Source: a virus
Lineage: Duplodnaviria > Caudoviricetes
Reading direction: 5' to 3' (one strand)
DNA: 41,247 bases
Virus record (IMG/VR): IMGVR_UViG_3300042939_000259
Location: 1 to 41,247 of that record
Below, in pieces: positions 27,526-37,025 of the stretch. Numbering within the stretch: the first letter of the stretch is position 1; each line of letters begins with the position of its first letter. Made by a program: the position numbers and the translations under genes. Below the pieces are notes generated by a model. It searched no databases, was not told the origin of the DNA, and saw only the letters and a program-made list of their open reading frames with translations.

Positions 27526-29241
27526 TTATAAATTTTTTAAATTTATTGAAACACAACGTCCCGACATACCAGCGGCAAAACGTGTGTTACTTCGACGTGA
27601 TGCACCTTTAAGCCTTAATAAAATAGTATTCCATGATATTTGCCAAGGTGTATTATTCAAAACTTTTTTTACAAAAACTGAATTATTTAGTATCAATAAA
27701 TCATCAGCAATAACGCGAATGCCTAACCGCATTAATCGCTCGTTTGCTTCAGCTTGCGATGGTCTTGCACTCGGCTGATAGTTGTGTGCGCATTCTACAA
27801 GTTCGCCAACGGTTTTTGTACCTACGTAGTTTTCAGCTTCTATTCGTATTTCCTGACTTAGTATTTGCTGTAAACATCTTTGTTCATCTGTTAAATCTTC
27901 TTTGTCTTCTTCATATTTGCGCATGTCCAAAATAGTAGCCGCTTCTTCAAGTGCTACTTCGGGCGTTACAGGGTCATCGTGCAGCGTATGCCACCAACCA
28001 CCCATCAATGCCCCGAACTGGTCACCAACCGCCCTGTCTTCAGTTATAAGCGATACGGCGTGTGTGAATAGCTTTATGCTTTTTTGTATGTTATCTGCTA
28101 AGTTTAGCATTCGCGCTTGAAAACGTGGCCCGAAGTCTTCAAATATTATTTTATTCTTTAGCTTTTCAACTTCGTTAAATTGTTTTGGGTCTGCTAATTT
28201 CTTTAATTCCAAAACACAAAAACGGCGCTTATCAGAATCATTTACTAACTGTGGGTTTATGCTTACAAATAAAAAACAGCTTCGCACAAAATAATCAATA
28301 GCTTTTCCATCTTTGCCACCTTTAGCAATAGCTGGCGATTTTTCAGAACTTGCCGCCCTGGCTAATCCTATTATTTCCTGCATACGTTGTGCCGCACGTT
28401 CATCATTGCCTTCGCCTTCATCAATTGTAACAGGTAGTGCATCGCTATTTAGTTTTTGCCTCACAGCTGGCTCAGTTGCCGCCGTCCCCTGAACACTTAC
28501 AGCAATGTTTCCTATAATTTCATTTACTATATTTTCCAAAACCCAACTTTTGCCATTGCCGCGCGGACCTGTTATCCAAATGTGAGGCCGCCACTTTAAG
28601 ATTCCGCTAATAGGTGCTAAGGCTAACCAACCTGATAAAAATATTGCATCGGCTTTAGTTTGCCAATTTAGCTTGTTTAAAATCTTTGGCAGCATTCCCG
28701 CCTCTGTAGGTAGCAATGGCGCTTCTATAGGCATATCAATAGCCTTATTATAAACATAGCTATATTTAGTATCTAAGCCGCCAAGGTTGTAGCGCTTTTT
28801 ATCTTGTATAAGCTGTTGCCCTGCATGAAATACAACCCCGTTTTTTTCCTGCCATGCACCGCGACCGCGTATGTTTTCAGTATTGTAAAATCCTACGTGA
28901 TTGCAAAAATTTATAAGATAATCCGCTGCCGTTGTTACATCGTAATTACTACTGTCGCGGTTCGGAAATGACAAAAGCCAAAATTCTAAAGGCGCTATGC
29001 TCAATAAATTAGCCTTGTTTATTGCAGCAGCTTTGTACTTTACTATCGACATTGTAGAACGAATGTAAAAATAATAAAGCATTTGCCCGTCTTCAATGCC
29101 CCAACCAAGAGGTCTAAAATATCCACCTATAAAGCCTTTTTTATCGGTTTCAGGTGCTACTGCTGTTGCGCGTTCTGCTTTAGGTTTCTTTGTAGTTTGT
29201 TTGGGTTTTTGTTCCCAGTCTATTGGTTTGTCTTGTTTCAT
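27526..29241 (-). CDS. Replicative helicase-like ATPase (C-terminal half of phage primase-helicases), no primase domain
   Basis: Walker A GPRGNGKS, Walker B VTIDE, DKRRF arginine motif; N-terminus is only a charged linker. Confidence 0.75.
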   Translation of the reverse strand: MKQDKPIDWEQKPKQTTKKPKAERATAVAPETDKKGFIGGYFRPLGWGIEDGQMLYYFYIRSTMSIVKYKAAAINKANLLSIAPLEFWLLSFPNRDSSNYDVTTAADYLINFCNHVGFYNTENIRGRGAWQEKNGVVFHAGQQLIQDKKRYNLGGLDTKYSYVYNKAIDMPIEAPLLPTEAGMLPKILNKLNWQTKADAIFLSGWLALAPISGILKWRPHIWITGPRGNGKSWVLENIVNEIIGNIAVSVQGTAATEPAVRQKLNSDALPVTIDEGEGNDERAAQRMQEIIGLARAASSEKSPAIAKGGKDGKAIDYFVRSCFLFVSINPQLVNDSDKRRFCVLELKKLADPKQFNEVEKLKNKIIFEDFGPRFQARMLNLADNIQKSIKLFTHAVSLITEDRAVGDQFGALMGGWWHTLHDDPVTPEVALEEAATILDMRKYEEDKEDLTDEQRCLQQILSQEIRIEAENYVGTKTVGELVECAHNYQPSARPSQAEANERLMRLGIRVIADDLLILNNSVFVKKVLNNTPWQISWNTILLRLKGASRRSNTRFAAGMSGRCVSINLKNL

Positions 29242-29849
29242 TGTCTTACTATTTGCTTACCTACATTAAATTTTTTAATATTTTGCATTAACCCGCGCAC
29301 CGTTTCAAAAACATCTTCACTATCAGCCATTATAGTGTTTATCATTTCTACAGACGTTTTTATTAGTTCGCGTTGTACATGCTTTTGAATTAGTATTCGT
29401 GCATGATATTCTAAATTTGCCGAACTACCTACACGGTTGGTTAACTCAGCCAAATATGCAGGTCCACCGCACCGGTATTTTAATTTTTCAGCAACGGTAA
29501 TTATATCTACTACTTCAACCGATTGGCAAAGTTCAAAAATAAGTTTGTGATTATCAAAATAAAAGTGTTCAGGGCTTAAAAAATTAACTTTATCGCGGGC
29601 GTTATTATCTACTAAGATAGCACCTAAAATCACCTGTTCCAAGTCTTTTGAATGTGGAAACGTTATTGACTTTTCAAAAATGCTTTGTTCTTTTTCTTCA
29701 AGTGCAATAATGATATTTTGCAGGCTCAAAAGTTGCCGCTCTTTCAATTGCCTATAATTTTGGCGCTTAGTATCGTCTTTAATATAAGCATCCATTTTTA
29801 ATGCTTCATCTTTAAGTTCTGATAATAAGTTTTCCGCTTCGTTGGTCAT
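29238..29849 (-). CDS. Stand-alone DnaB N-terminal domain protein
   Basis: PHSKDLEQVILGAIL, LSPEHFYFDNHKLIF, DIITV, GGPAYLAELT, YHARILIQKHVQRELI; no RecA-fold domain. Confidence 0.9.
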   Translation of the reverse strand: MTNEAENLLSELKDEALKMDAYIKDDTKRQNYRQLKERQLLSLQNIIIALEEKEQSIFEKSITFPHSKDLEQVILGAILVDNNARDKVNFLSPEHFYFDNHKLIFELCQSVEVVDIITVAEKLKYRCGGPAYLAELTNRVGSSANLEYHARILIQKHVQRELIKTSVEMINTIMADSEDVFETVRGLMQNIKKFNVGKQIVRQ

Positions 29850-30220
29850 ATCTCATCAGCTTTAAAGTCTTCATCTACCCAGCGCAAAATATCACCGATA
29901 CCGCCCGATTTTCTGACTTGTTTAATAAAATTGATTTGTTCTTTTGTAGCTTTACCGCTAAGGTTTTTTACTTCAAGGGCTGTAAATATAGCAATTTTTT
30001 GCCCTATCATATCTTTAGTTATAATTTTTTCAGTCCATCCGATTAAATCAGAACTACCAACGCAAAGCCCAAATGTTATTTGTCGCGGCTCAGTTATAAT
30101 AGGGCGGCTGTTAATTACCGCCCGTTTGCCCTGAAATGCTGTGCCCGTATTATTTCGAAATAAAATGCCGTGTTTACTGTGTTTAGCTTGCAGGGCTTTG
30201 TATAGGTTTTGTTCTTTCAT
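29846..30220 (-). CDS. VRR-NUC nuclease
   Basis: FRNNTG, GSSDLIG, ALEVK, TKEQINF. Confidence 0.85.
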   Translation of the reverse strand: MKEQNLYKALQAKHSKHGILFRNNTGTAFQGKRAVINSRPIITEPRQITFGLCVGSSDLIGWTEKIITKDMIGQKIAIFTALEVKNLSGKATKEQINFIKQVRKSGGIGDILRWVDEDFKADEI

Positions 30221-30486
30221 AATTCGTTTAGTTCTTCATTTAATCGCCTAATAAAATTTTCATTACCATCATCGCCAGCTAAAAACCAATCAACACGATG
30301 TGCATAAACATAAGCCTTTTTTAAGCATTTTAAAGCATCTTCTAAATGTTTTGCTACCTGTTGTTCAAAAATTGGGTATTCGCCACCATATTCTGTTTCT
30401 GTGCCTTGAATTTCTAAATGTAATTCTATTGTTTCGTAAATTTCTTTTATGCTATATTGTGAATAGCCAAATGTGCCGCCGCTCAT
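30217..30486 (-). CDS. Hypothetical protein (MSGG...DWFLAGDDG type)
   Basis: 89 aa, coupled both sides. Confidence 0.7.
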   Translation of the reverse strand: MSGGTFGYSQYSIKEIYETIELHLEIQGTETEYGGEYPIFEQQVAKHLEDALKCLKKAYVYAHRVDWFLAGDDGNENFIRRLNEELNEL

Positions 30487-30767
30487 ATTTTCTTTGTTTT
30501 AGGTGAACAACCAAGCCAAAAACTAAATTGGAACGCTTTAGCTCTGTGGCCTTTAATTTTATACTTTGCTATTGTTTCCTGCAAAATGTTTTCCATTACA
30601 TCATGCTCGCATTGGTATTCTAAAAACTTTATAACTTTTTCGCCGCGCTCGTTTATTTCGGCATTTGCTACAAGTTCATCGAAATCAGCAGGCGGTTCGC
30701 TAACAGCATAAACGCGTCTGTAAATTTCTAAAAGAATTTCGTAATCTGTTAATTTTTTCTTTGGCAT
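30483..30767 (-). CDS. Hypothetical protein
   Basis: 94 aa, C-terminal LGCSP. Confidence 0.7.
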   Translation of the reverse strand: MPKKKLTDYEILLEIYRRVYAVSEPPADFDELVANAEINERGEKVIKFLEYQCEHDVMENILQETIAKYKIKGHRAKAFQFSFWLGCSPKTKKI

Positions 30768-31216
30768 TGTTCAAATTTTTTAAGGTAATTTAATGTACTT
30801 TGTTTTTTATGTCCATTGGGTCCACCATTCCACATACGCGCAAGTTCACGGTAATTAGGATATTTACCGTACTTTTGTGCATAGGTGTAACAATGAACGC
30901 CCATAGCTGCCCAAAATACGTGTTCAGATTTAACTGAATCAAACATATCTTTGTGCTGATAATTTAGTAGGTCTTCAAGGCCCGAACCTTTAACGCAAAC
31001 CGCGTGCATCTGATACCTACCATAAGCGCGGCCGCTATCACCTATTAAACTATCGGTGTTTAACGTTTCAATATGTCCGATAGCATTTATAAAATCGCTG
31101 TCAGTATCGCAGGTGTCGCGGGTTATGTAAACGGTTTTAATGATAACTTCGGGTTTCGGCTTATTGCAGCCAAATAAAACGGCTACTAAAATAATAAATC
31201 CTGTTAATTGTTTCAT
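30749..31216 (-). CDS. Lysozyme-like/lytic transglycosylase lipoprotein
   Basis: Lipobox LFGC (Cys17 from ATG 31216); IET...GDSGRAYGRYQM...WNGGP. Confidence 0.75.
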   Translation of the reverse strand: MKQLTGFIILVAVLFGCNKPKPEVIIKTVYITRDTCDTDSDFINAIGHIETLNTDSLIGDSGRAYGRYQMHAVCVKGSGLEDLLNYQHKDMFDSVKSEHVFWAAMGVHCYTYAQKYGKYPNYRELARMWNGGPNGHKKQSTLNYLKKFEQCQRKN

Positions 31217-31234
31217 AATGTTAAGTTTTAAATA

Positions 31235-31316
31235 TTCCTGTGGCATCGGATTGAACGACGCTTAAGACCTGAACTTTTAAAAAAGTCTTGTTTTTCGCCA
31301 CATAAACTACACAGGA
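31235..31316 (-). ncRNA. Second tRNA-like RNA (aberrant anticodon loop)
   Basis: TCCTGTG/CACAGGA acceptor, TA, GTTT/AAAC D stem with GG loop, AAGAC/GTCTT stem with 16-nt loop, GCGTCG-TTCAATC-CGATGC T arm. Confidence 0.7.
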
Positions 31317-31327
31317 GGTAAGGTTAA

Positions 31328-33829
31328 TTAAATACAATCAAATAAAGTAGGTACATTGATTTTATATTCAATACTTTTAAGGTAGTATAAACCATCATCG
31401 TAATATTCAGGATTTAATTCAACTGATATACATTTACGTTCCATTTCTAAACATTTATAAGCAGTTGTAAATAAACCACCGAAAGGGTCACAAACTAAAT
31501 CTCCTTTCATTGTAAATCTATTTAAAAGCCTAACTACTATGTCAAATTGAAGCGGGCAAATATGTTTTTCTTTTTTTCTGTTTGCTTGATTAGCATTTAA
31601 AGTAGCCATTCTATTAACATCTGTCCAAACATCCTCGCTCGTACTATGAACGGGCAAAGTCATAAATAAAGAACTTAACTTATTTTGATTTTCTAAGTCT
31701 TCACATGCTTTTAAATGTTCCTGAAAACTATAAACATTTGATTTGTCATGCTTTTTCCAATGCTTACATATTTTTTCGACATCCATTTGCTTTAATTCAT
31801 TATAACTTAAAAATCTATTACCATCGCTTTTCCAATAAGCATGAGCATCTAATTGCCAGTTTGCGCGGGTATATTCATCTTTTGTCTTTGTACATGGTTC
31901 ATCTGCATAAGCATTATCCATTGAAGATGGAGCTTTTCTAAATAATAAAACATACTCAGGCAAACCAACGCCCATTTTAGTAGCGTCTTTGCATTGTTCA
32001 GTCCATCCCAATCTGTAAGTCTGGTTATTTTCTCGAACTACATCGGTTGTTACTGTAATTTTACCAATTAAATAAAAACCGTGCTTTTGAAAATGCGCTA
32101 CCGTTTTGCCGCTAAAATCATCTATTGTTGTAAATTTAGTTCCATTCTGATAACTATAACGAATCCTATCTTTAACGTGTATTGCTGCAATTTTACCAGG
32201 CTTTAAACATCTTAATAAATTAGGTGTTAAATAGTCCATTTGTTTAAAAAATTCATCATTGCCATGATTATGACCCATGTCATTATAATTATCTGAGTAT
32301 TCGTAATGGTCGCCGAATGGAATAGAAGTTAATATCATATCATAAATATTACTTTCAATTTCATTATGCATCATGACAGTATCTTCATTATATACTGTGG
32401 CGTTGCCAATTTGAGCAGTTCGTCTGTTGTTAAAAATTTGTCTTTTCATGTCGCTTTTAATTTTATCTGTGTTTAATCCGTATTCTCTTACTAAGTTTAT
32501 CATTTCAGTTTGTAATTCAATATGCTTTACCCATTTTTCTTTTAATGCTTTTAATACATCCTGTTCATTTTGAGTAAAAATAGCATAGACATTGACTTCA
32601 TTTTCTTGTTTAAATCTGTAACATCTATGTATAGACTGTATAAAATCATTAAACTTATAATCAATACCGCAAAAAATCATATTATGGCAGCTGTGTTGAA
32701 AATTACATCCTGAGCCTGCTATTTTTGGTTTTGTGCTTAATATTTGATATTTGTTATGTTTAAAGTCTATAAGTAGCTGTTCTTTTTCGCTATTATCCTG
32801 TGAACCAAAAACAGATTTTATATTATACTCTTTAAATGTTCTATTCAATTCTTGGCGCTCAGCTTCTAAATGGTGCCATAAAATCCAATTCTTATCTGAT
32901 TCGTTTTTTACAATTTCGTAGGCTTTTTTAATTCTTAAATTTATTGATTCTGATTTTTCGCGGCTTACATCAATAAGACTTTTTGTAGTATCTTTAAAAA
33001 TTACTAATTCTCCTTTTTTATTATAAATTTCTCCATCTGTATTATTTTGCACTAATACTTCAATGAAATTTAATTTAGGCAATAAATAACCAGTATCATT
33101 ATACCCTAAATCTGAAGGCTTATTTATAAAAACCGCCCACGTAGAAACCCATTTCCAGAATTCCTCTTTTTTATTTGGATATAAAGTTAAGTGACCTGCT
33201 TTTGTGCTATCACGTTGGAAAAATCTTGTTAAAGCATGACCACGGTCAATTACACTAAGATAATCAGCATAATTTAATATCTCTATAAAATCATTTGGCG
33301 TTGGAGTTGCAGTAGCTACAAATCTATAATTAACATTTCTAAAGTGATTTAAAACATAATTTGTAGTTTCTGTTTTTAAGTTTCTAAGTATTGATGCTTC
33401 ATCAAATGATACGCCGCCAAATAATTCAGCTGTTACATCGCCTTTTCTAATACGTTCATAATTTGTTACATAAATTATATCAGAATTTACAGTATCAACA
33501 ATATCAGAATCAGTAATATATTTTATTGATTTTTCAGGATATAAAAATTCTAAATCATCTCTAAATTCTCCTACTACGCCAAGTGGCATAACAATTAAAA
33601 AAGGCTTTTGAGTTATTTGAGAAACCTGTACAGCTATTTCAAGTTGCATCATTGTTTTACCTAATCCAAAACTTGCAAATATAGCACGCCTGCCGCCTGA
33701 TATAGCCCAATGTACTATATCGCGTTGATGTGGCAATAATTTAGGTGATAGCGTTTTAATGTCAATCTCAGTTCCATAGTCCTGAGCTATCACAATTTTC
33801 TTTTCTAAAAATTCTAAATAGTTTGTCAT
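31328..33829 (-). CDS. SF2 (SNF2-like) helicase fused to N4/N6 DNA methyltransferase
   Basis: GLGKT, DEAS, TATP, QSIHRCYR; then TSIPF, HICP, DPFGG in beta-class order. Confidence 0.85.
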   Translation of the reverse strand: MTNYLEFLEKKIVIAQDYGTEIDIKTLSPKLLPHQRDIVHWAISGGRRAIFASFGLGKTMMQLEIAVQVSQITQKPFLIVMPLGVVGEFRDDLEFLYPEKSIKYITDSDIVDTVNSDIIYVTNYERIRKGDVTAELFGGVSFDEASILRNLKTETTNYVLNHFRNVNYRFVATATPTPNDFIEILNYADYLSVIDRGHALTRFFQRDSTKAGHLTLYPNKKEEFWKWVSTWAVFINKPSDLGYNDTGYLLPKLNFIEVLVQNNTDGEIYNKKGELVIFKDTTKSLIDVSREKSESINLRIKKAYEIVKNESDKNWILWHHLEAERQELNRTFKEYNIKSVFGSQDNSEKEQLLIDFKHNKYQILSTKPKIAGSGCNFQHSCHNMIFCGIDYKFNDFIQSIHRCYRFKQENEVNVYAIFTQNEQDVLKALKEKWVKHIELQTEMINLVREYGLNTDKIKSDMKRQIFNNRRTAQIGNATVYNEDTVMMHNEIESNIYDMILTSIPFGDHYEYSDNYNDMGHNHGNDEFFKQMDYLTPNLLRCLKPGKIAAIHVKDRIRYSYQNGTKFTTIDDFSGKTVAHFQKHGFYLIGKITVTTDVVRENNQTYRLGWTEQCKDATKMGVGLPEYVLLFRKAPSSMDNAYADEPCTKTKDEYTRANWQLDAHAYWKSDGNRFLSYNELKQMDVEKICKHWKKHDKSNVYSFQEHLKACEDLENQNKLSSLFMTLPVHSTSEDVWTDVNRMATLNANQANRKKEKHICPLQFDIVVRLLNRFTMKGDLVCDPFGGLFTTAYKCLEMERKCISVELNPEYYDDGLYYLKSIEYKINVPTLFDCI

Positions 33830-33831
33830 TT

Positions 33832-35343
33832 TCAATGTTTTTTAGTTTTATAAAATTCGTTCCATTTTCTTAATACAGCAGCTTTTAAGTCATCGCGGTT
33901 TATAGCGTTCAATCCATGTTTTTTATTTATGTATTCAACTGTTCCCGATTCTTTTAAAACCCTACTTTCAAATACAAAATAAACCCATTTATCTTTATGT
34001 CCGCGCTGAATTTTTAACTGCCATAAGTCTTCAAGTGTTCGGCTTTTTGCCTGCTCAGTACGTTTCGCTTTCAATAGTTCGTCAAGTGTAGTTTCATCTT
34101 TTACTGCAACGCCTGCAACCTGTTCAATTTCGCTTACCTTTAAAGGTTCAACAAAACCACAGTAAGGACATGCAACGTGTGTTTTTTCATAAGTCCTAAA
34201 GCATTCTGTACAGTCTTTGTATTCATTATCAATATGTTCATCTGTATCTTTTCGTTTTCGCTTTTGCATCCCTTCTAATGTCCATTCCCGTGTCATTAGT
34301 GGATGCCCGTGTAGTTTTTGATTGCCAACGTGGTCAAGTATTAAACAGCGTTCTTTGCCTTCCATCGGTCTTAATCCGCGCCCTACAATCTGTAAATATA
34401 AACTTAGTGACATAGTGCGGCGTAACATTCCTACAACTGATACCGCTGGTATATCTGTGCCTTCGCTTATAAGGTCACAAAACGTTAGAATCTGAATATC
34501 GCGAATCGCGAACCGCGATATAATATTTTTAACTTCATTTTCATCAAAAGTTCCATTTATAGAAACCGCTTTAAAACCTGCTTCATTAAATGCGGCTGCT
34601 ACATTATCAGCATGTTTAATATTTACGCATGAATATATTGCAGGTTCGCCCGCTGCTAATCGTTTATATTCCTCAACAGCATTTCCTGTTATCGCAGGTT
34701 TGTCCATTTCTTTAAACAAGTCATCAGCTTTATATTCGCCGTTTTTATCCTTCTTAATCTTAGTAAAATCAGCCAACGGTTTGAAGTTGTAATATTCAGG
34801 CATCACTAGGTTACCAATTTTAACCAACTCAGCAGGTAACGGGCCTAAAACTAAATCAGAAAACACATCGCCTAAGCCTTGACCATCGCCGCGCCACGGT
34901 GTAGCAGTAACGCCCAAAACATAAACAGAATCCGCGTAAAAATCTAAAATATCCTTCCATGTTCCCGCGTTTGCATGGTGTGCTTCATCAATAATAAGTA
35001 AGTCAGGTTGTGGTACTTCATTTAACCGATTCTTTAAACTTTGAACGCTGCACACTTGCGCAGGTAAATAATACTGTTTAGGTCTATTGCCTGCTATAAA
35101 TCCATGCTTTAAACCGTATCGCCTGCAACGTTCCGAAATCTGATTTACAAGGTTTTTTTTATGCACTAAGAAATAAACTCGCTTACCTTTTCCGATTGCT
35201 TCTAATGCCATATAAATAAACGTTTCAGTTTTGCCGCCGCCTGTTGGTAATACAAATAGAACTTTTTTGTTACCGCTTTTATAGCTCTCTCTTATGTCGC
35301 TTACGCTTTTCGATTGATATGGCCGTAGCTGTATTGTGTTCAT
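33832..35343 (-). CDS. DEAH-box SF2 helicase with C-terminal Zn ribbon (RadD/YejH-like)
   Basis: PTGGGKT, DEAHH, TATP, QIVGRGLR, CTEC...CPYC. Confidence 0.9.
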   Translation of the reverse strand: MNTIQLRPYQSKSVSDIRESYKSGNKKVLFVLPTGGGKTETFIYMALEAIGKGKRVYFLVHKKNLVNQISERCRRYGLKHGFIAGNRPKQYYLPAQVCSVQSLKNRLNEVPQPDLLIIDEAHHANAGTWKDILDFYADSVYVLGVTATPWRGDGQGLGDVFSDLVLGPLPAELVKIGNLVMPEYYNFKPLADFTKIKKDKNGEYKADDLFKEMDKPAITGNAVEEYKRLAAGEPAIYSCVNIKHADNVAAAFNEAGFKAVSINGTFDENEVKNIISRFAIRDIQILTFCDLISEGTDIPAVSVVGMLRRTMSLSLYLQIVGRGLRPMEGKERCLILDHVGNQKLHGHPLMTREWTLEGMQKRKRKDTDEHIDNEYKDCTECFRTYEKTHVACPYCGFVEPLKVSEIEQVAGVAVKDETTLDELLKAKRTEQAKSRTLEDLWQLKIQRGHKDKWVYFVFESRVLKESGTVEYINKKHGLNAINRDDLKAAVLRKWNEFYKTKKH

Positions 35344-35515
35344 TTTCGATTTGGTTTAAAGCATTCATAAGTTTAAAATAGATAGTCAATGTTTGCGGTT
35401 CTACCTTTGACCAATATTCAACCGTTTGCCGCCCAACATCGGCACGCCTGCAAAGTTCCGAAATACTGATGCCTAAAATGTCGCATCTAATAGATAGCTG
35501 TTCAAATGTTTTCAT
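35279..35515 (-). CDS. Cro-like HTH regulator
   Basis: SISELCRRADVGRQTVEYW; first gene of leftward operon. Confidence 0.75.
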   Translation of the reverse strand: MKTFEQLSIRCDILGISISELCRRADVGRQTVEYWSKVEPQTLTIYFKLMNALNQIENEHNTATAISIEKRKRHKREL

Positions 35516-35545
35516 AAATTTTTATTTTTTCGTTCAATTGTGTTG

Positions 35546-35572
35546 CAAAGTTAAAAAACCTTTTTAAATTTG
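35546..35572. promoter_or_regulatory. Divergent Bacteroidota -7 promoter pair
   Basis: TAACTTTG on minus (35553-35546) and TAAATTTG on plus (35565-35572) at the strand switch. Confidence 0.65.
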
Positions 35573-35604
35573 TGCTATTATTTAATAAAATATTTTTAAA
35601 ATTT

Positions 35605-36360
35605 ATGACAAACCAAGAGTATCACCGTAAAACTGAGTACATCAGTAAATCACTTTTAGACTTAGTACATAAGTCACCCGCGCATTATAAAGCCTATATA
35701 GAAGGTGAAAAACAGGCGCCAACTTCAGCCATGAACTTAGGCAGTTTAGTTCATAGTGTTGTATTTAACCAGGATAATTACGCCGTATTGCCAGAATGCG
35801 ACCGCCGCACAAAAGAAGGTAAAGCAATTTATGAATCTTTTATGGCAGAATCAGAAGGCAAAGAATTATTTGTATCGCTTAAAGATTACGAATTAGCCCT
35901 AAATATTAGAAACGCTGTTTTAGCACATTCGAAGGCGGCATTATTATTAGAACAGGGCCAAGCGGAATTGCCTATATTTGGTAAAATTGCAGACCTTGAC
36001 GCGAAGTGCAAAGTAGATTTTTTAAACACAAAGTATAACGTTTGCATTGACCTTAAAACAACAACTAACTCAGCACCCGGCGAATTTGCCAAATCTGTTT
36101 GGAATTACAGGTACCATGTGCAAGCGGCTTTTTATATGGACTTAACAAAGGCTGAACGGTTTATATTTATAGCTGTTGAAAAAGAAGCGCCGTTTAATGT
36201 TGAACTTTATGAACTTGACCCCGAAGCAATAGAACGCGGCCGCCAGGAATATTTAGCCGATATTGAAACGCTTAAAAAATGCAAGGAAACTAATAATTTT
36301 CACGGCTATACAACTGATAATAAAATTCATATTCTTTCATTGCCTACGTGGGTTAAATAA
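35605..36360 (+). CDS. PD-(D/E)XK exonuclease (RecE/ExoVIII, DUF3799-like)
   Basis: ISKSLL, GSLVH, KCKVD, DLKTT, YHVQAAFY, AVEK. Confidence 0.9.
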   Translation: MTNQEYHRKTEYISKSLLDLVHKSPAHYKAYIEGEKQAPTSAMNLGSLVHSVVFNQDNYAVLPECDRRTKEGKAIYESFMAESEGKELFVSLKDYELALNIRNAVLAHSKAALLLEQGQAELPIFGKIADLDAKCKVDFLNTKYNVCIDLKTTTNSAPGEFAKSVWNYRYHVQAAFYMDLTKAERFIFIAVEKEAPFNVELYELDPEAIERGRQEYLADIETLKKCKETNNFHGYTTDNKIHILSLPTWVK

Positions 36361-36369
36361 CAACAAACC

Positions 36370-36903
36370 ATGACACAACTAACTAAACTTCCGACACTTC
36401 AAGACCTATTAGTAGAAAATGAAGACAGTCTAAAGCAAAACGCGCTAACTGTATTATTGAACCAAGACCCGCCTGCAAAGTGGTTAGTTCAGCATCCAAT
36501 GATTCGCGATTACAAATATATACCTATTGAAAAAATAGAATATCTGTTAACCCGTATCTTTGGCAATTTTAACGTTGAAATACGTTCAACACAGATAGTT
36601 GCTAACTCAGTAGTAGTAACTGTAAGGCTGCATGTAATAAACCCTATATCAGGCCAAGCTATGTGGCAGGATGGAATAGGTGCTGCACCAATACAAACAG
36701 ATAAAGGCGCAGGCGCAACCGATTGGAATGCCGTTAAAACCGATGGTGTGCAAAAAGCTGCACCCGCTGCCGAAACTTACGCCGTTAAAGATGCAGCCGA
36801 AAAGTTTGGCAAAATATTTGGGCGCGATGTTAGCCGCAAGGGCAGCATGAATTATACTGATTTGCTGAAAAAATCCGCGTTTAATGATGAATTAGAAAAA
36901 TAA
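36370..36903 (+). CDS. Single-strand annealing protein (Rad52/Sak-like)
   Basis: YIPIEKIEYLL..IFG, AETYAVKDAAEKFGKIFGRD; paired with exonuclease. Confidence 0.7.
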   Translation: MTQLTKLPTLQDLLVENEDSLKQNALTVLLNQDPPAKWLVQHPMIRDYKYIPIEKIEYLLTRIFGNFNVEIRSTQIVANSVVVTVRLHVINPISGQAMWQDGIGAAPIQTDKGAGATDWNAVKTDGVQKAAPAAETYAVKDAAEKFGKIFGRDVSRKGSMNYTDLLKKSAFNDELEK

Positions 36904-36909
36904 AAGTGT

Positions 36910-37005
36910 TATATTTGTGAACGTTCTGCAACCACAAAAAGAACAAAAAGATATTTAAAGCCCTGGATGATATAGGTCGTGGTTGCCCTATTGATTTCGG
37001 GGCTT
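36910..37005 (+). promoter_or_regulatory. Promoter (TATATTTG) and two-hairpin kissing-loop leader
   Basis: Loops GCAACCAC (36928-36935) and GTGGTTGC (36979-36986) are exact complements. Confidence 0.65.
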
Positions 37006-37025
37006 AGTTTTTTAAAAAATATGTT

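Noticed and set aside
29238-29849. DnaB pseudogene or frameshifted full-length DnaB
   Set aside because: Clean ATGA coupling on both sides and the downstream ATPase lacks DnaB RecA-fold motifs
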